Shown here piece by piece: positions 48,678 to 59,621 of a DNA stretch of 64,000 bases. Numbering within the stretch: the first letter of the stretch is position 1; each line of letters opens with the position of its first letter. The stretch spans positions 95,449 to 159,448 of the forward strand of contig JBHHVU010000001.1 of the NCBI GenBank assembly GCA_046754465.1, in the 5' to 3' direction. A model generated the notes under the pieces. It was not told the origin of the DNA. It did no database searches and saw nothing but the letters and a program-made list of their open reading frames with translations. A program made the position numbers and the translations under genes. Source of the DNA: Nitrospinaceae bacterium (GTDB lineage: Bacteria > Nitrospinota > Nitrospinia > Nitrospinales > VA-1).

Positions 48678-51600
48678 AGCCCGGCATCACCGATTCGGAA
48701 GCCAGACGTCAGGCGCTGGACTCCACCGGATCTTTCATCGTCCAAGCCCCGGCGGGTTCCGGAAAAACCGAACTGCTCATCCAAAGATACCTCAAACTTC
48801 TGGGGGGGGTGCAATACCCGGAACAAATTCTCGCCATCACGTTCACCCGAAAGGCGGCGGGCGAGATGAAATCACGCATCCTCGCCGCCCTGGAAAAAGC
48901 CCAGAGCGGCGACCCGCCGGAATCCGGTCACACGCGGCAAACCTGGAACCTCGCCCGAAAGGCACTGGAGCAAAACCGGCGGAACGGCTGGCGGCTTTTG
49001 GATAATCCCGCCCGGTTGAAAGTGCAGACCATCGACTCGTTTTGCGCCTCCCTCACCCGGCAAATGCCCATCCTCTCTAAAATGGGCGGAACGCTCCAGA
49101 TCCAGGAAAATCCCGCCGAAATTTACCGGGAAACCGCGCACCGCATCCTGCGGCTCGTCGAATCCGGCGAGCCCACCGGCGAATACGTCCGCATCGTGTT
49201 GCGGCATATCGACAACTCCAAATCCTCTTTTCTGAAACGCATCATCCAGCTCCTCGAAAAACGCGACCAGTGGATGATCCCGTTCTTCAAAAATTTTCAA
49301 GTCACCGAGAATTTCAGACAAAAACTGGAGGAAATGTTTGCGGGCCTGATCGAATCGGTGCTCCAGGAAACGCGGGACCTTATTTCAACGCAATGCGCCC
49401 AACGCCTCATCCCCCTTGCCGCCCACGCTGGGAAAAACGTTATGCAGGAAAACCCCGGCCATACCTTGGCCTGCCTGGATAATTCAGCCGGCCTTCCCGA
49501 ACCGGTAATTGCCCATTTGGACCGATGGAAAGCGATTGCTCACCTGCTTTTGACTGGTGGTGGGGAATTCCGGAAAAAGATCGACAAGAACATCGGTTTC
49601 CCTCCGGGAAAAATCAATTCCCCGGAAGCAAAGATGAAAGACGCGTTCCGGGATTTCCTCGATTCCCTCTCCGGCGCCCGGGAATTGCAGGCCCGGCTGC
49701 GGGCGGTCCAGAAACTCCCCGCACCGCATTTTAACGACGACGAATGGAATGTTCTGCATGCCACATTGATGCTTTTGCCGGAAATAGCTAAAACCCTTCG
49801 CGGCGTATTCGCGGAACAACAGAAAACCGACTTCACGGAAATTTCCCTGGCGGCCATCGACGCCCTGGGCGAGGAAACCAGTCCCACCGACCTCCTGCTC
49901 TACCTCGACCACCGGATCCAGCACATCCTGATGGATGAATACCAGGACACCTCCTACAAACAACACGAACTCTTGAAACGGCTCACCGTGGGATGGGAAC
50001 CCAACGACGGACGCACCCTGTTCATTGTCGGCGATCCCATGCAATCTATTTTCCGTTTCCGCGACGCGGAGGTGGGACTGTTCCTGAAGACCAAACGTGA
50101 CGGCATCCCTCATGAGGGAACGGGGGATATCCATTTAACGAGCCTTTCCCTGACAGCCAATTTCCGATCGCAAAAGAAAATCGTGGATTGGATCAACGCA
50201 GTTTTTTCACAAGCCTTTCCCTCTATCAACGACTCGGACCTGGGAGCGATCGCCTATGCCGAATCCCATGCCGCCCGGCCGGAAGAACCCGGGCCGGGAA
50301 CGGTCCTGCACCCGCTGGCCGATTCCGGAACCGCGGAAACCCGCGCCAGGCAGGAAGCGGACCGGGTTGCCAACGAAATCCTCAAAATCCAAAAGGAGCA
50401 TCCGGATCAATCCATCGCCCTCCTGATCCGCGCCCGAACCCACCTGCCGGCGATTATCCAGCGATTCCACGAAACGGGAATAAAATTCCAGGCCGAGGAG
50501 ATCAATCCTCTCACGACCCGGCCCGCAATCCAAGACCTCCTCGCCCTGATGCGCGCGCTGCGTTCTCCCCTGGACCGGATTTCCTGGCTGTCCGTCCTGC
50601 GCGCTCCGTGGTGCGGACTTTCCCTGAACGACACGTTCCACTTATGCGCCGGGGACAAGGATTCCCCCATCTGGCACCTGCTCAACGATCCTGACCGGGT
50701 GGCGGCGCTAAGCGGAGAGGGACAAACGCTGGTGGGACGCTTTGTCTCCACCCTGAAACCCGCGTTGGAAGCTCTGCCCTGGGCAAATTTCCGCGCCCTG
50801 CTGGAAGGATGTTGGATTCGCCTCGGCGGACCCGCCTGCGTGGACGAAACCACCAGCAAGGATGTCGAGGTCTTTTTCGATGAGGTCTCCAACACCATCG
50901 AAAACGGCGACCCGTTTCTGCTGGACAACTTCAGCCGCGTTCTCGACCATTTGTACGCCACCCCGGACGTGGGAGCGAAACACGCGGTGCAGATCATGAC
51001 CATGCACAAGGCCAAGGGACTGGAATTCGATTTTGTCTTTCTTCCGGGACTGGGACGAAGCGCGAAATCCGAGGAAAAACGGCTGGTGCACTGGATGCCG
51101 CACGGCAACGATATCCTTCTCGCGCCGATCGAGGAAAAAGGCGGGGATCATTCCCAGGTCTACGATTTTCTTTCCGGCCTGGACCGGGAAAAAGACGATT
51201 ACGAAACGCTGCGGCTCTTATACGTCGCCGCCACGCGCGCGAGGAAACAACTGCACTTGTTCGGTCACATCAAGAATGGCCGATTCCCGGAAAAAAATTC
51301 GCTTCTCGCGAAACTCTGGCCCCAATTGGAGGAGAAATGGTCCCTTCCCGAAACGCTCCCGGACCCGGAAAGGACCGGCGCGGAGCAGTCTCCGGTGGAG
51401 GCGGCGGCCGATGCTCAAAACCCTGACCCCAAACATACCCTCCACCGGCTGCCCCTGGATTTTCAAATTCCCGATTCCCCGCCGGATATCGTCATCGGTC
51501 CCGTCGTGGAAATGGAAGACGAACCGGATGTCCATCCCGAATTCGTGTGGGCGGGAAACGAGGCGCGCTGTCTGGGAAACGTCCTCCACCAGGTTTTCAT

Positions 51601-52072
51601 GGACATCGCCAACCAGGGCCTGGATTCCTGGCAGCCGGAAAACCTGGAGGCGCGGTTGGCCAGCATGAAAACCGCCTTCCTTGGGGAAGGCCTTTCTCCA
51701 CTAAAAATCGACGGTGTGGCGGAAACCGGCTTGACGGCTTTACGAAACATTCTTCAAGACGAAACGGGCCGATGGATTCTGGGGCATCATGAGGAAGCTC
51801 ATTCCGAATACCCCCTCACGGGATTCATCAACGGACGGTATGTCAACAAAATCCTCGACCGGACCTTCGTGGACCAAGGCATCCGCTGGATCATTGATTA
51901 CAAGACCGGCCAACACCTTGGGTCCGGATTGGAAAGGTTTTTCGAGGACGAGACAGAACGCTACCGGCCGCAGTTGGACCAGTACCAGGAACTGTTAGAA
52001 CTCAAGGGAGAAAGCCGCCCCATCAAAAAAGCCCTGTACTATCCTCTCCACTTGCGTTTGATTGAATTGTAA
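48674..52072 (+). CDS. AddA-like UvrD helicase-nuclease
   Basis: APAGSGKT, AITFTRKAA, TIDSF, DEYQDT, VGDPMQSI, NFRS, TMHKAKGLEF, YVAATRA, C-terminal DR...IIDYKTG. Confidence 0.93.
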   Translation: MKPGITDSEARRQALDSTGSFIVQAPAGSGKTELLIQRYLKLLGGVQYPEQILAITFTRKAAGEMKSRILAALEKAQSGDPPESGHTRQTWNLARKALEQNRRNGWRLLDNPARLKVQTIDSFCASLTRQMPILSKMGGTLQIQENPAEIYRETAHRILRLVESGEPTGEYVRIVLRHIDNSKSSFLKRIIQLLEKRDQWMIPFFKNFQVTENFRQKLEEMFAGLIESVLQETRDLISTQCAQRLIPLAAHAGKNVMQENPGHTLACLDNSAGLPEPVIAHLDRWKAIAHLLLTGGGEFRKKIDKNIGFPPGKINSPEAKMKDAFRDFLDSLSGARELQARLRAVQKLPAPHFNDDEWNVLHATLMLLPEIAKTLRGVFAEQQKTDFTEISLAAIDALGEETSPTDLLLYLDHRIQHILMDEYQDTSYKQHELLKRLTVGWEPNDGRTLFIVGDPMQSIFRFRDAEVGLFLKTKRDGIPHEGTGDIHLTSLSLTANFRSQKKIVDWINAVFSQAFPSINDSDLGAIAYAESHAARPEEPGPGTVLHPLADSGTAETRARQEADRVANEILKIQKEHPDQSIALLIRARTHLPAIIQRFHETGIKFQAEEINPLTTRPAIQDLLALMRALRSPLDRISWLSVLRAPWCGLSLNDTFHLCAGDKDSPIWHLLNDPDRVAALSGEGQTLVGRFVSTLKPALEALPWANFRALLEGCWIRLGGPACVDETTSKDVEVFFDEVSNTIENGDPFLLDNFSRVLDHLYATPDVGAKHAVQIMTMHKAKGLEFDFVFLPGLGRSAKSEEKRLVHWMPHGNDILLAPIEEKGGDHSQVYDFLSGLDREKDDYETLRLLYVAATRARKQLHLFGHIKNGRFPEKNSLLAKLWPQLEEKWSLPETLPDPERTGAEQSPVEAAADAQNPDPKHTLHRLPLDFQIPDSPPDIVIGPVVEMEDEPDVHPEFVWAGNEARCLGNVLHQVFMDIANQGLDSWQPENLEARLASMKTAFLGEGLSPLKIDGVAETGLTALRNILQDETGRWILGHHEEAHSEYPLTGFINGRYVNKILDRTFVDQGIRWIIDYKTGQHLGSGLERFFEDETERYRPQLDQYQELLELKGESRPIKKALYYPLHLRLIEL

Positions 52073-52221
52073 AGGGTGACCATGCCACCAGCGGCGGTTC
52101 GCCGCCCCCCCCCCACGGGGGAGGGAGATGGGTCAGAGCATCATCGCCAGTCGATCTGGGTCCGCCATATAAAGTATGTCCATTTGCCTGTGGAGGTACT
52201 CTGCCGCCGGGAGGTGAGGTC

Positions 52222-53694
52222 TTATTTGAGGAATTGGCTGTGAGGCAGGCAAGTCTGGCCCATCAGGTAAAGATCCACGCCGCGGGCGGCTTCACGTCCC
52301 TCGGCGATGGCCCAGACCACGAGAGATTGTCCGCGTGCCATATCCCCGGCGGTGAACACCCCTTCCACGCTCGTCATCTTGTTGAGGTCGCACGCAACGT
52401 TTCCCCGGCCGTCAAGTTTCACCCCCAATTCCTCGATCATACCTTCGTGGAGGGGATGAACAAATCCCATGGCCAACAATACCAGGTCCACATCGAGCTC
52501 GAAATCGGAGCCGGGGATTTCGATGATTGGGGGACGCCCCGTCTCAGGGTCCGGGTCCCCAAACATGACCCGCACGGCATGGACTTTTTTCAGTTTGCCG
52601 TCCTTTCCGGAAAACCTCTTGGTGGCGACGCAATACTGGGTCACCGGGGCTTCCGCTTCCGAATGTGAGCTGGTGACCCGGAGAATTTTCGGCCACTGGG
52701 GCCAGGGGTTATTCCTGTCGCGGGAATCCGGGGGCTGGGGCAACAGTTCAAACTGATGGACCTTTTTGGCCCCCTGCCGCAGCGCCGTCCCCAGGCAGTC
52801 AGACCCGGTATCCCCCCCGCCGATGATCAAGACGTTTTTATCTTTCGCGGTGATGGAGATTCTTTCAGGAATCGTCTCACCTTCATTGCGCCTGTTCTGC
52901 TGGGGAAGAAAATCCATGGCGAAATGGATTCCATCGAGGTCCCGCCCTTCCAGGGGCAAATCCCGGGGTTTTTGCGCTCCCCCACAAAGAACCAGGGCAT
53001 CGAACCGATCGTGGAGTTCCTTGACCGAGCAGTCAACACCGACATTGACGTTGGTCTTGAACACGATCCCCTCGGCTTTCATCAAGTCAATCCGGCGTCT
53101 GACGAATTTCTTTTCCAGCTTGAAATGAGGGATGCCGTACATCAGCAATCCGCCGGGCCGGTCGTCCTTTTCAAAGACAGTCACCAGGTGGCCCTCCTGG
53201 TTGAGCTGGGCGGCGCAGGCGAGTCCCGCGGGGCCCGAACCGACCACCGCGACCTTTTTACCCGTCCGTTTCTCCGGCGGCCGGGGTTGGATCCAGCCCT
53301 TTTTGAATCCCTTGTCCGAGATCGCCATCTCGATTTTGCAAATGGTCACCGCCGGTTCGTTGATTCCCAGAACACAAGCGCCTTCGCAGGGGGCGGGACA
53401 GATCCTGCCGGTAAATTCGGGAAAGTTATTGGTCTTGAGGAGAAGGGCCAGGGCGTCTTCCCAACGGTCCCGGTAGACCATGTCGTTCCAATCGGGAATC
53501 AGGTTCCCCAGCGGGCAACCGGTATCGCTCTGGCAAAAGGGGACCCCACAATCCATGCAACGTGCCCCTTGCTCGCGAAATTTCTCTTCCGAAAACTCCT
53601 CGTAGACTTCCCGGTAATCCTTTAACCTTTCCTGGACCGGACGTTCGGGCGGAGTTTCCCGCCCGATTTCCATGAAACCTTTAATCGCACCCAT
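52222..53694 (-). CDS. gltD: Glutamate synthase small subunit
   Basis: RCMDCGVPFC, NNFPEFTGRICPAPCE, GSGPAG, GGGDTGSDC, RGQSLVVWAI; TGATG overlap with gltB. Confidence 0.97.
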   Translation of the reverse strand: MGAIKGFMEIGRETPPERPVQERLKDYREVYEEFSEEKFREQGARCMDCGVPFCQSDTGCPLGNLIPDWNDMVYRDRWEDALALLLKTNNFPEFTGRICPAPCEGACVLGINEPAVTICKIEMAISDKGFKKGWIQPRPPEKRTGKKVAVVGSGPAGLACAAQLNQEGHLVTVFEKDDRPGGLLMYGIPHFKLEKKFVRRRIDLMKAEGIVFKTNVNVGVDCSVKELHDRFDALVLCGGAQKPRDLPLEGRDLDGIHFAMDFLPQQNRRNEGETIPERISITAKDKNVLIIGGGDTGSDCLGTALRQGAKKVHQFELLPQPPDSRDRNNPWPQWPKILRVTSSHSEAEAPVTQYCVATKRFSGKDGKLKKVHAVRVMFGDPDPETGRPPIIEIPGSDFELDVDLVLLAMGFVHPLHEGMIEELGVKLDGRGNVACDLNKMTSVEGVFTAGDMARGQSLVVWAIAEGREAARGVDLYLMGQTCLPHSQFLK

Positions 53695-56600
53695 CAAGCA
53701 ACCTCTTCAAGCATTTGGTCTTTCATTTTCTTCTTTCTTTCCTCGATCACCCTCCGGTAATCTCTTGGATAGACTTTGACGAACTTCGGGAAAGTAGTGT
53801 CCCACTCATCCAGGACCTTCCTGGCCACCGAACTGTGGGTGTGCAGGTATTGTTCCTCGATCAGGGATTTCAGAAGTTTGAGATCCTCTTCCTCCTCCAC
53901 CGGCACCAGATCAACCATTCCCATGTTGCAATGGTTTCGGAATTGCTGTTCCCGGTCGAGGACGTAAGCGATCCCGCCGCTCATTCCGGCGGCGAAATTC
54001 CTTCCGGTTTCGCCAAGGATGACCACGACCCCGCCGGTCATGTACTCGCATCCGTGGTCGCCCACCCCTTCCACGACCGCATGGGCGCCGCTGTTGCGGA
54101 CGGCGAATCGTTCACCGGCCACTCCCCTGAAAAACGCCTTGCCGGAGACCGCCCCGTAAAGTACCACGTTGCCGATCAGGATATTCTCTTCCGGCACGAT
54201 GGTCGATTCCGGGGGCGGATAGACGATGATTTTGCCCCCGGAGAGGCTTTTTCCCAGATAATCGTTGGCATCGCCGGCCAGATCAAAGGTGATTCCGGGA
54301 GCCAGATAAGCGCCAAAACTCTGCCCCGCCGACCCCTTGAAACTGATATGGATCGTATCCGGAGGCAGGCCCTCTTCCCCATAGCGGGTGGAAATCTCAT
54401 AGCTTAACATGGCACCGACCGCCCGATCGATATTGCCGATGGGAAATTCCAAATGCACCTGGTATCCCTTGTCCAGGGCCGGGCGACTGCTTTTTATCAG
54501 TTGGTGATCCAGGGCGTTGTCCAGGTCACCGCTGAGGTCCTGCTTGCACACATTGCGGATCGCCACGGTTCCGGGCACATCCGGCTTATGCAGGACGTTG
54601 CTCACATCGAGCCCCTTGGCCTTCCAGTGTTCGATCGCCTCACCGGCCTTCAGCATTTCCACATGGCCGATCAAATCCTCGAATTTCCGGAATCCCAGTG
54701 CGGCCATGATTTCACGGACTTCCTGGGCGATGAAGTTGAAGTAGTTGACAACCGATTCGGGTTTTCCCTGGAATTTTTTCCGCAAGACCGGGTCCTGGGT
54801 GGCAATGCCCACGGAACAGGTGTTGAGGTGACATTTGCGCATGAGAATGCACCCCAGGGTGACCAGAGCGGTGGTGGAAAACCCGAACTCATCCGCTCCG
54901 AGCAGTCCGCCGATCACCACATCCCGTCCGGTTTTTAGCTGGCCGTCCACCTGAACGCGGATCCGGCCGCGAAGATTGTTGAGGACCAGAATCTGCTGAG
55001 TTTCCGAGAGTCCCAATTCCCAGGGCAACCCGGCGTGTTTGATGGAGGTCTGCGGGGAGGCGCCGGTCCCTCCATCATGGCCGCTGATGAGAACCCCCTC
55101 CGCCCGGGCCTTGGAAACCCCGGCGGCGATCGTCCCCACCCCCGCTTCGGCGACGAGTTTGACGCTGACGGCCGCGTTGGGATTGGCGTTGTGCAGATCG
55201 AAAATCAACTGCTGCAGGTCCTCAATGGAATAAATATCATGGTGCGGCGGCGGGGATATCAGACCCACGCCGGGCGTGGAATGACGAATCTTAGCGATGT
55301 ACTCGCTGACCTTATGTCCGGGAAGCTGTCCCCCCTCCCCCGGCTTGGCGCCCTGCGCGATCTTGATCTGCATCTCGTCGGCGTTGGCCAGATAATAGCT
55401 GTTGACCCCGAAACGGCCGGAGGCCACCTGCTTGATCCGGCTGCGGCGGGAATCTCCATTGGGATCGGGAACGTATCGTACGGGGTCTTCTCCGCCCTCA
55501 CCGGTATTGCTTTTTCCGCCCAGGCGGTTCATGGCAATGGCCAGGGTCTCGTGGGCCTCGCGGGAAATGGACCCGATCGACATAGCGCCGGTACAGAAGC
55601 GTTTGGTGATGCTGGAGACGGGTTCGACTTCCTCTATGGGGACAGGGTTTCTCTTCTTGAATTCAAAAAGACCCCGCAACGTGCATTGCCGGGTGGCTTC
55701 CTCATCCACCGACCGGGAGTACTTCTTGAACAATTGGTAATCATTGGACTGGGTGGCATGCTGAAGCATGGCGATGGTGGTGGGGTTTAACATATGTTTT
55801 TCCTGTCCCCTCCGCCAGTGGTAGTTGCCGCCCAGATCGAGGATCGGGCGGAAACCATTCATTTCCTGGTAGGCCCGGTGATGGCGGGCGAGACTCTCGC
55901 GGGCGATGACTTCCACTCCGGCGCCGCTGACCCGGGACGGGGTTCCGGTGAAATACCGGTTGATCATATCTTCATTCAACCCGACGGCCTCGAAGATCTG
56001 GGCGCCCCGGTAACTCTGGATGGTGGAGATCCCCATCTTGGCGATGATCTTGAACAATCCTTTGCGGGTGGATTTGATATAGTTTTTAATGGCATGCCGG
56101 GGATCGATTTTATCGAAAAAGAGACTCTCCCGGGCCATTTCCGCCGCGGTCTCATAAGCCAGATAGGGACAAACCGCTCCCGCCCCATAACCAATTAACA
56201 GGGCGAAATGCATCATTTCCCTTGCCTCCCCGGTCTCGACCACGATTCCCACTCGCGTCCGGCTCAATTCACGCAGAAGATGATGGTGCACCGCGCCGGT
56301 GGCCAGAAGGCTGGGAATCGGCGCGTGATCCGCGTCCACCCCCCGATCCGAAAGGATCAGGATCGTCGCCCCCTCCTCGATGGCGCACGAAGCGCTCTCG
56401 CACAGTTTTTCGAGACCTTTTTCCAGCCCCGATTCCCCCTCGGAAACAGGAAATATAATGGGTAATTCCACCGACTTGATATCCGGCTGGTCCAATTGTT
56501 TTATCTTTTGCAACTCCTGGACGGTGAGAATGGGGTGGCTGATCTTGAGTTTCCGGCAATGGAGGGGACTTTCCGCCAGCAGGTTGTACTCTTTTCCCAG

Positions 56601-58235
56601 GGTCACCTCCATGGACATGACCAGTTCCTCGCGGATGGAGTCGATCGCCGGGTTGGTCACCTGGGCGAACAATTGCTTGAAATAGTGGAAAAGAAGCTGC
56701 GGCTTCCGGGAAAGAACCGCGAGCGGCGTGTCATTGCCCATGGAACCCGTGGCCTCCTCGCCCTTCCCCACCATCGGGCTCAGAACGATCTTGATATCTT
56801 CCGCGGTATATCCAAAACAAACCTGACGGGTCAGCAGGGATTCATGATCCGGCTCCAGCTTTTTACCGCCGTCCGGGACATCCCGCAGATTGAGCTGATT
56901 CTCCGCCACCCACTGGGTGTAAGGCTGTTGGGTGGAGATTTTGGCCTTGAGTTCCTTATCCGAAACGATTCTCCCCTCACGAAGGTCCACCAGGAACATC
57001 TTTCCGGGCTGAAGGCGTCCTTTGCTGGCGATGTTGGCCTCGTCGATGGGCAATACGCCCACTTCCGACGCCATGACCACGAGGCCGTCCTTGGTAACGA
57101 CATAACGGGAAGGGCGTAACCCGTTCCGGTCGAGAACGGCGCCGATGACCTCACCGTCGGTGAACGCGATAGAAGCCGGACCGTCCCAGGGTTCCATCAT
57201 AGAGGCATGGAATTCATAAAACCCGCGTTTGTCCGCATCCATGCTTTCGTGTCCGCTCCAGGGTTCGGGGATCATCATCATGACCGCGTGCGGCAGGCTG
57301 CGGCCTGTTTGCACCAACATTTCCAGGGCCTGGTCGAAATCCGCCGAATCGCTTCCGCCGGTCGCGATAACGGGGAGGATTTTCCGGATATCCTCGAAGA
57401 GGGGCGATTCAAACATCGCCTCGCGAGCCCGCATCCAGTTCTGATTTCCGCGAATGGTATTGATTTCTCCGTTGTGGGCGATGTGCCGGAAGGGTTGAGC
57501 CCGGCCCCACGAGGGAAAGGTATTGGTGCTATACCGGGAATGGACGAGGGCCAGGGCCGATTCAATTTCCGGGTCCTTGATATCGAGGAAATAATTTTCC
57601 ACCTGGGGGGCCATGAGCTGCCCCTTATATACAAAGGTGCGGCAGGAAAGACTGCAAATATAAAAGCTGTCGTTGTCATCGTTACACCCGGCCCGGCGCA
57701 CGCCATTGGCGGATAATTTTCGGACCTGGTAAAGCCGGCGCTCCAGGGCGCCGCTGTCCGGGATATCTTCGCGGGCTCCGATGAAGACCTGGTGGATGAC
57801 CGGCTCGACACTTCGGGAGACTTCACCGATGCTGGTGTTATCCACCGGAACCTGCCGCCATCCCAAAAGGTCCAGGCCTTCCTGGGCTATTACTTTTTCA
57901 ACGATGGAAATGCATTTTTTGGTGTTGAATTTCCTGGAAAACACCAACCCCGAACCATACCGACCCGGTTCGGGAAGGCTGATCCCAATTTGGGCGCATT
58001 GCTTCTTAAAATATTTGTGCGGCATCTGAATTAAAAGACCCGCCCCGTCTCCAGTCAGGGGGTCGGCCCCACAAGCGCCGCGATGTTCCAACCGTTTGAG
58101 AATGTTCAATCCCTGAAGAATGATTTCGTGGGATTTTTCTCCCTTCATATTGACGATGAACCCGACACCGCAACTTTCCTTTTCAAAGGCCGGGTCATAC
58201 AAACCTTGTTTTTTTACTTTTCCAAATGGGATCAT
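53694..58235 (-). CDS. gltB: Glutamate synthase large subunit
   Basis: CGVGF N-terminal nucleophile, [33 protein letters not shown], CxxxxxCxxxxC 3Fe-4S motif, GXGXG domain. Confidence 0.99.
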   Translation of the reverse strand: MIPFGKVKKQGLYDPAFEKESCGVGFIVNMKGEKSHEIILQGLNILKRLEHRGACGADPLTGDGAGLLIQMPHKYFKKQCAQIGISLPEPGRYGSGLVFSRKFNTKKCISIVEKVIAQEGLDLLGWRQVPVDNTSIGEVSRSVEPVIHQVFIGAREDIPDSGALERRLYQVRKLSANGVRRAGCNDDNDSFYICSLSCRTFVYKGQLMAPQVENYFLDIKDPEIESALALVHSRYSTNTFPSWGRAQPFRHIAHNGEINTIRGNQNWMRAREAMFESPLFEDIRKILPVIATGGSDSADFDQALEMLVQTGRSLPHAVMMMIPEPWSGHESMDADKRGFYEFHASMMEPWDGPASIAFTDGEVIGAVLDRNGLRPSRYVVTKDGLVVMASEVGVLPIDEANIASKGRLQPGKMFLVDLREGRIVSDKELKAKISTQQPYTQWVAENQLNLRDVPDGGKKLEPDHESLLTRQVCFGYTAEDIKIVLSPMVGKGEEATGSMGNDTPLAVLSRKPQLLFHYFKQLFAQVTNPAIDSIREELVMSMEVTLGKEYNLLAESPLHCRKLKISHPILTVQELQKIKQLDQPDIKSVELPIIFPVSEGESGLEKGLEKLCESASCAIEEGATILILSDRGVDADHAPIPSLLATGAVHHHLLRELSRTRVGIVVETGEAREMMHFALLIGYGAGAVCPYLAYETAAEMARESLFFDKIDPRHAIKNYIKSTRKGLFKIIAKMGISTIQSYRGAQIFEAVGLNEDMINRYFTGTPSRVSGAGVEVIARESLARHHRAYQEMNGFRPILDLGGNYHWRRGQEKHMLNPTTIAMLQHATQSNDYQLFKKYSRSVDEEATRQCTLRGLFEFKKRNPVPIEEVEPVSSITKRFCTGAMSIGSISREAHETLAIAMNRLGGKSNTGEGGEDPVRYVPDPNGDSRRSRIKQVASGRFGVNSYYLANADEMQIKIAQGAKPGEGGQLPGHKVSEYIAKIRHSTPGVGLISPPPHHDIYSIEDLQQLIFDLHNANPNAAVSVKLVAEAGVGTIAAGVSKARAEGVLISGHDGGTGASPQTSIKHAGLPWELGLSETQQILVLNNLRGRIRVQVDGQLKTGRDVVIGGLLGADEFGFSTTALVTLGCILMRKCHLNTCSVGIATQDPVLRKKFQGKPESVVNYFNFIAQEVREIMAALGFRKFEDLIGHVEMLKAGEAIEHWKAKGLDVSNVLHKPDVPGTVAIRNVCKQDLSGDLDNALDHQLIKSSRPALDKGYQVHLEFPIGNIDRAVGAMLSYEISTRYGEEGLPPDTIHISFKGSAGQSFGAYLAPGITFDLAGDANDYLGKSLSGGKIIVYPPPESTIVPEENILIGNVVLYGAVSGKAFFRGVAGERFAVRNSGAHAVVEGVGDHGCEYMTGGVVVILGETGRNFAAGMSGGIAYVLDREQQFRNHCNMGMVDLVPVEEEEDLKLLKSLIEEQYLHTHSSVARKVLDEWDTTFPKFVKVYPRDYRRVIEERKKKMKDQMLEEVA

Positions 58236-58344
58236 AAGTTTTGATTATAGGGGTTCTGGAACCAACAGGGTGGACGGGGAACCTGGTCCCCCTCCCTGAA
58301 TGACAAAAACTGGGGAGACCTGTCCCCATAAAAACCAAGAAAAT

Positions 58345-58361
58345 TGCAAATAATATGCCTA
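58345..58361 (-). promoter_or_regulatory. Putative sigma54 (-24/-12) promoter for gltBD
   Basis: Minus strand TAGGCATATTATTTGCA matches GG-N10-GC; about 110 bp upstream of the gltB ATG, with an AT-rich tract further upstream. Confidence 0.6.
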
Positions 58362-58891
58362 AGACCGCTAGGGGTGAAAACTCAACAGTTATGGCGAAAA
58401 ATCAGTTTTTAAGTAACAATTTTACATTATTAATTATATTTATTTAACAAAAAAATACCAGTTCAGCGCAGGACTTTTAATCGAAGAGGACCCATTATTT
58501 TCCGGCCGGCATTTTTTTGACCCCCAGTGGATTTTCCTGGCACGGAAGCAGAAATCGTGGATTCAAGAATGCGTGGTTTAGCCGGTACTTTCAATAACTT
58601 TCCGTCGCGGGGAGGCTGGTTCGGGAAATTTAACATTAGCCCTCAAAGAAAAAATCCCTGTCGAATTCATCATTTTGTTTCTATTTCCACTTAAATTACT
58701 GTTATCTTGTTTGAAATTCTGGTAAAAAAAAGACAGCAGGGTTTTAAAACTCAATTCAGGACCGGACATAAAAGTTGCATTCCTTGGGGAGACGGGTGGT
58801 CATGATCCTGATATGATTATAGCAGTCCACGGCGGCGTGCCCAGATGTTCCGGAAACGGAAGACCCCAAAAATATATTCAGGAGAACACCA

Positions 58892-59533
58892 ATGATCGTT
58901 GAAGAGGTCATGGTCAAGAAAATTGTTACCATCAAGACGAATGATTCCTTGCAAACAGCCCAGGAACTGATGGTAAACAACTCCATTCGCCATCTTCCGG
59001 TGGTCGAGGGCAAGGAGCTTTTCGGGATCATCACCGAAAGCGACATTCGGGGAGCTTTTATCAGCCTTAGCCAAACCTCCCCCGAGAAAATGATGTCATT
59101 GAATCCCACCAAAATGAAAGTTCAGGATTTCATGACGCGGAATCCCATGACCGTCACCCCGGAAACCAATATAGAAGACGCCGCGCTCATGATCTATAAG
59201 AACAAGATCGGGGCATTGCCGGTAGTGAAAAACAGCCGGCTGATGGGAATCGTTTCCATCATGGATATCCTGGGGCTGTTTGTGAATATGATGGGGATCC
59301 TTCATTCCAGTTCCAGGATAGACGTCGTGATGGGCAAGGATCCAAAAAACTTTGATGCCGTCTCCAAGATCATTCATGACCGCGGATTGAATATTATCAG
59401 CGTCGGGATGTCCCCCTACCCCAAGAACCGGAAAAAGCAGGTATACCTATTCCGCCTGGACCTATGCGAGACCCGGCCGGTGGTCGAGGAAATCGAGAAT
59501 GCCGGGTTCAAGGTCGTGTCAGCCATCGATTGA
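58892..59533 (+). CDS. CBS-pair + ACT-like protein (AcuB-like)
   Basis: IRHLPVV..GIITESDI, IGALPVV..GIVS; C-terminal ACT-like NIISV; AGGAG RBS. Confidence 0.88.
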   Translation: MIVEEVMVKKIVTIKTNDSLQTAQELMVNNSIRHLPVVEGKELFGIITESDIRGAFISLSQTSPEKMMSLNPTKMKVQDFMTRNPMTVTPETNIEDAALMIYKNKIGALPVVKNSRLMGIVSIMDILGLFVNMMGILHSSSRIDVVMGKDPKNFDAVSKIIHDRGLNIISVGMSPYPKNRKKQVYLFRLDLCETRPVVEEIENAGFKVVSAID

Positions 59534-59621
59534 CGGCCTTTAAAACCCGGTCCCTTCCAGCGGCATCATAGTCCATAACCCATCCTATTCAACCAGAAGT
59601 ATCTTGGGGAGCGAGAAGATC

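Noticed and set aside
45972..52072. Novel helicase-nuclease defence system
   Set aside because: Architecture and motifs match the housekeeping AddAB-type recombination/repair pair
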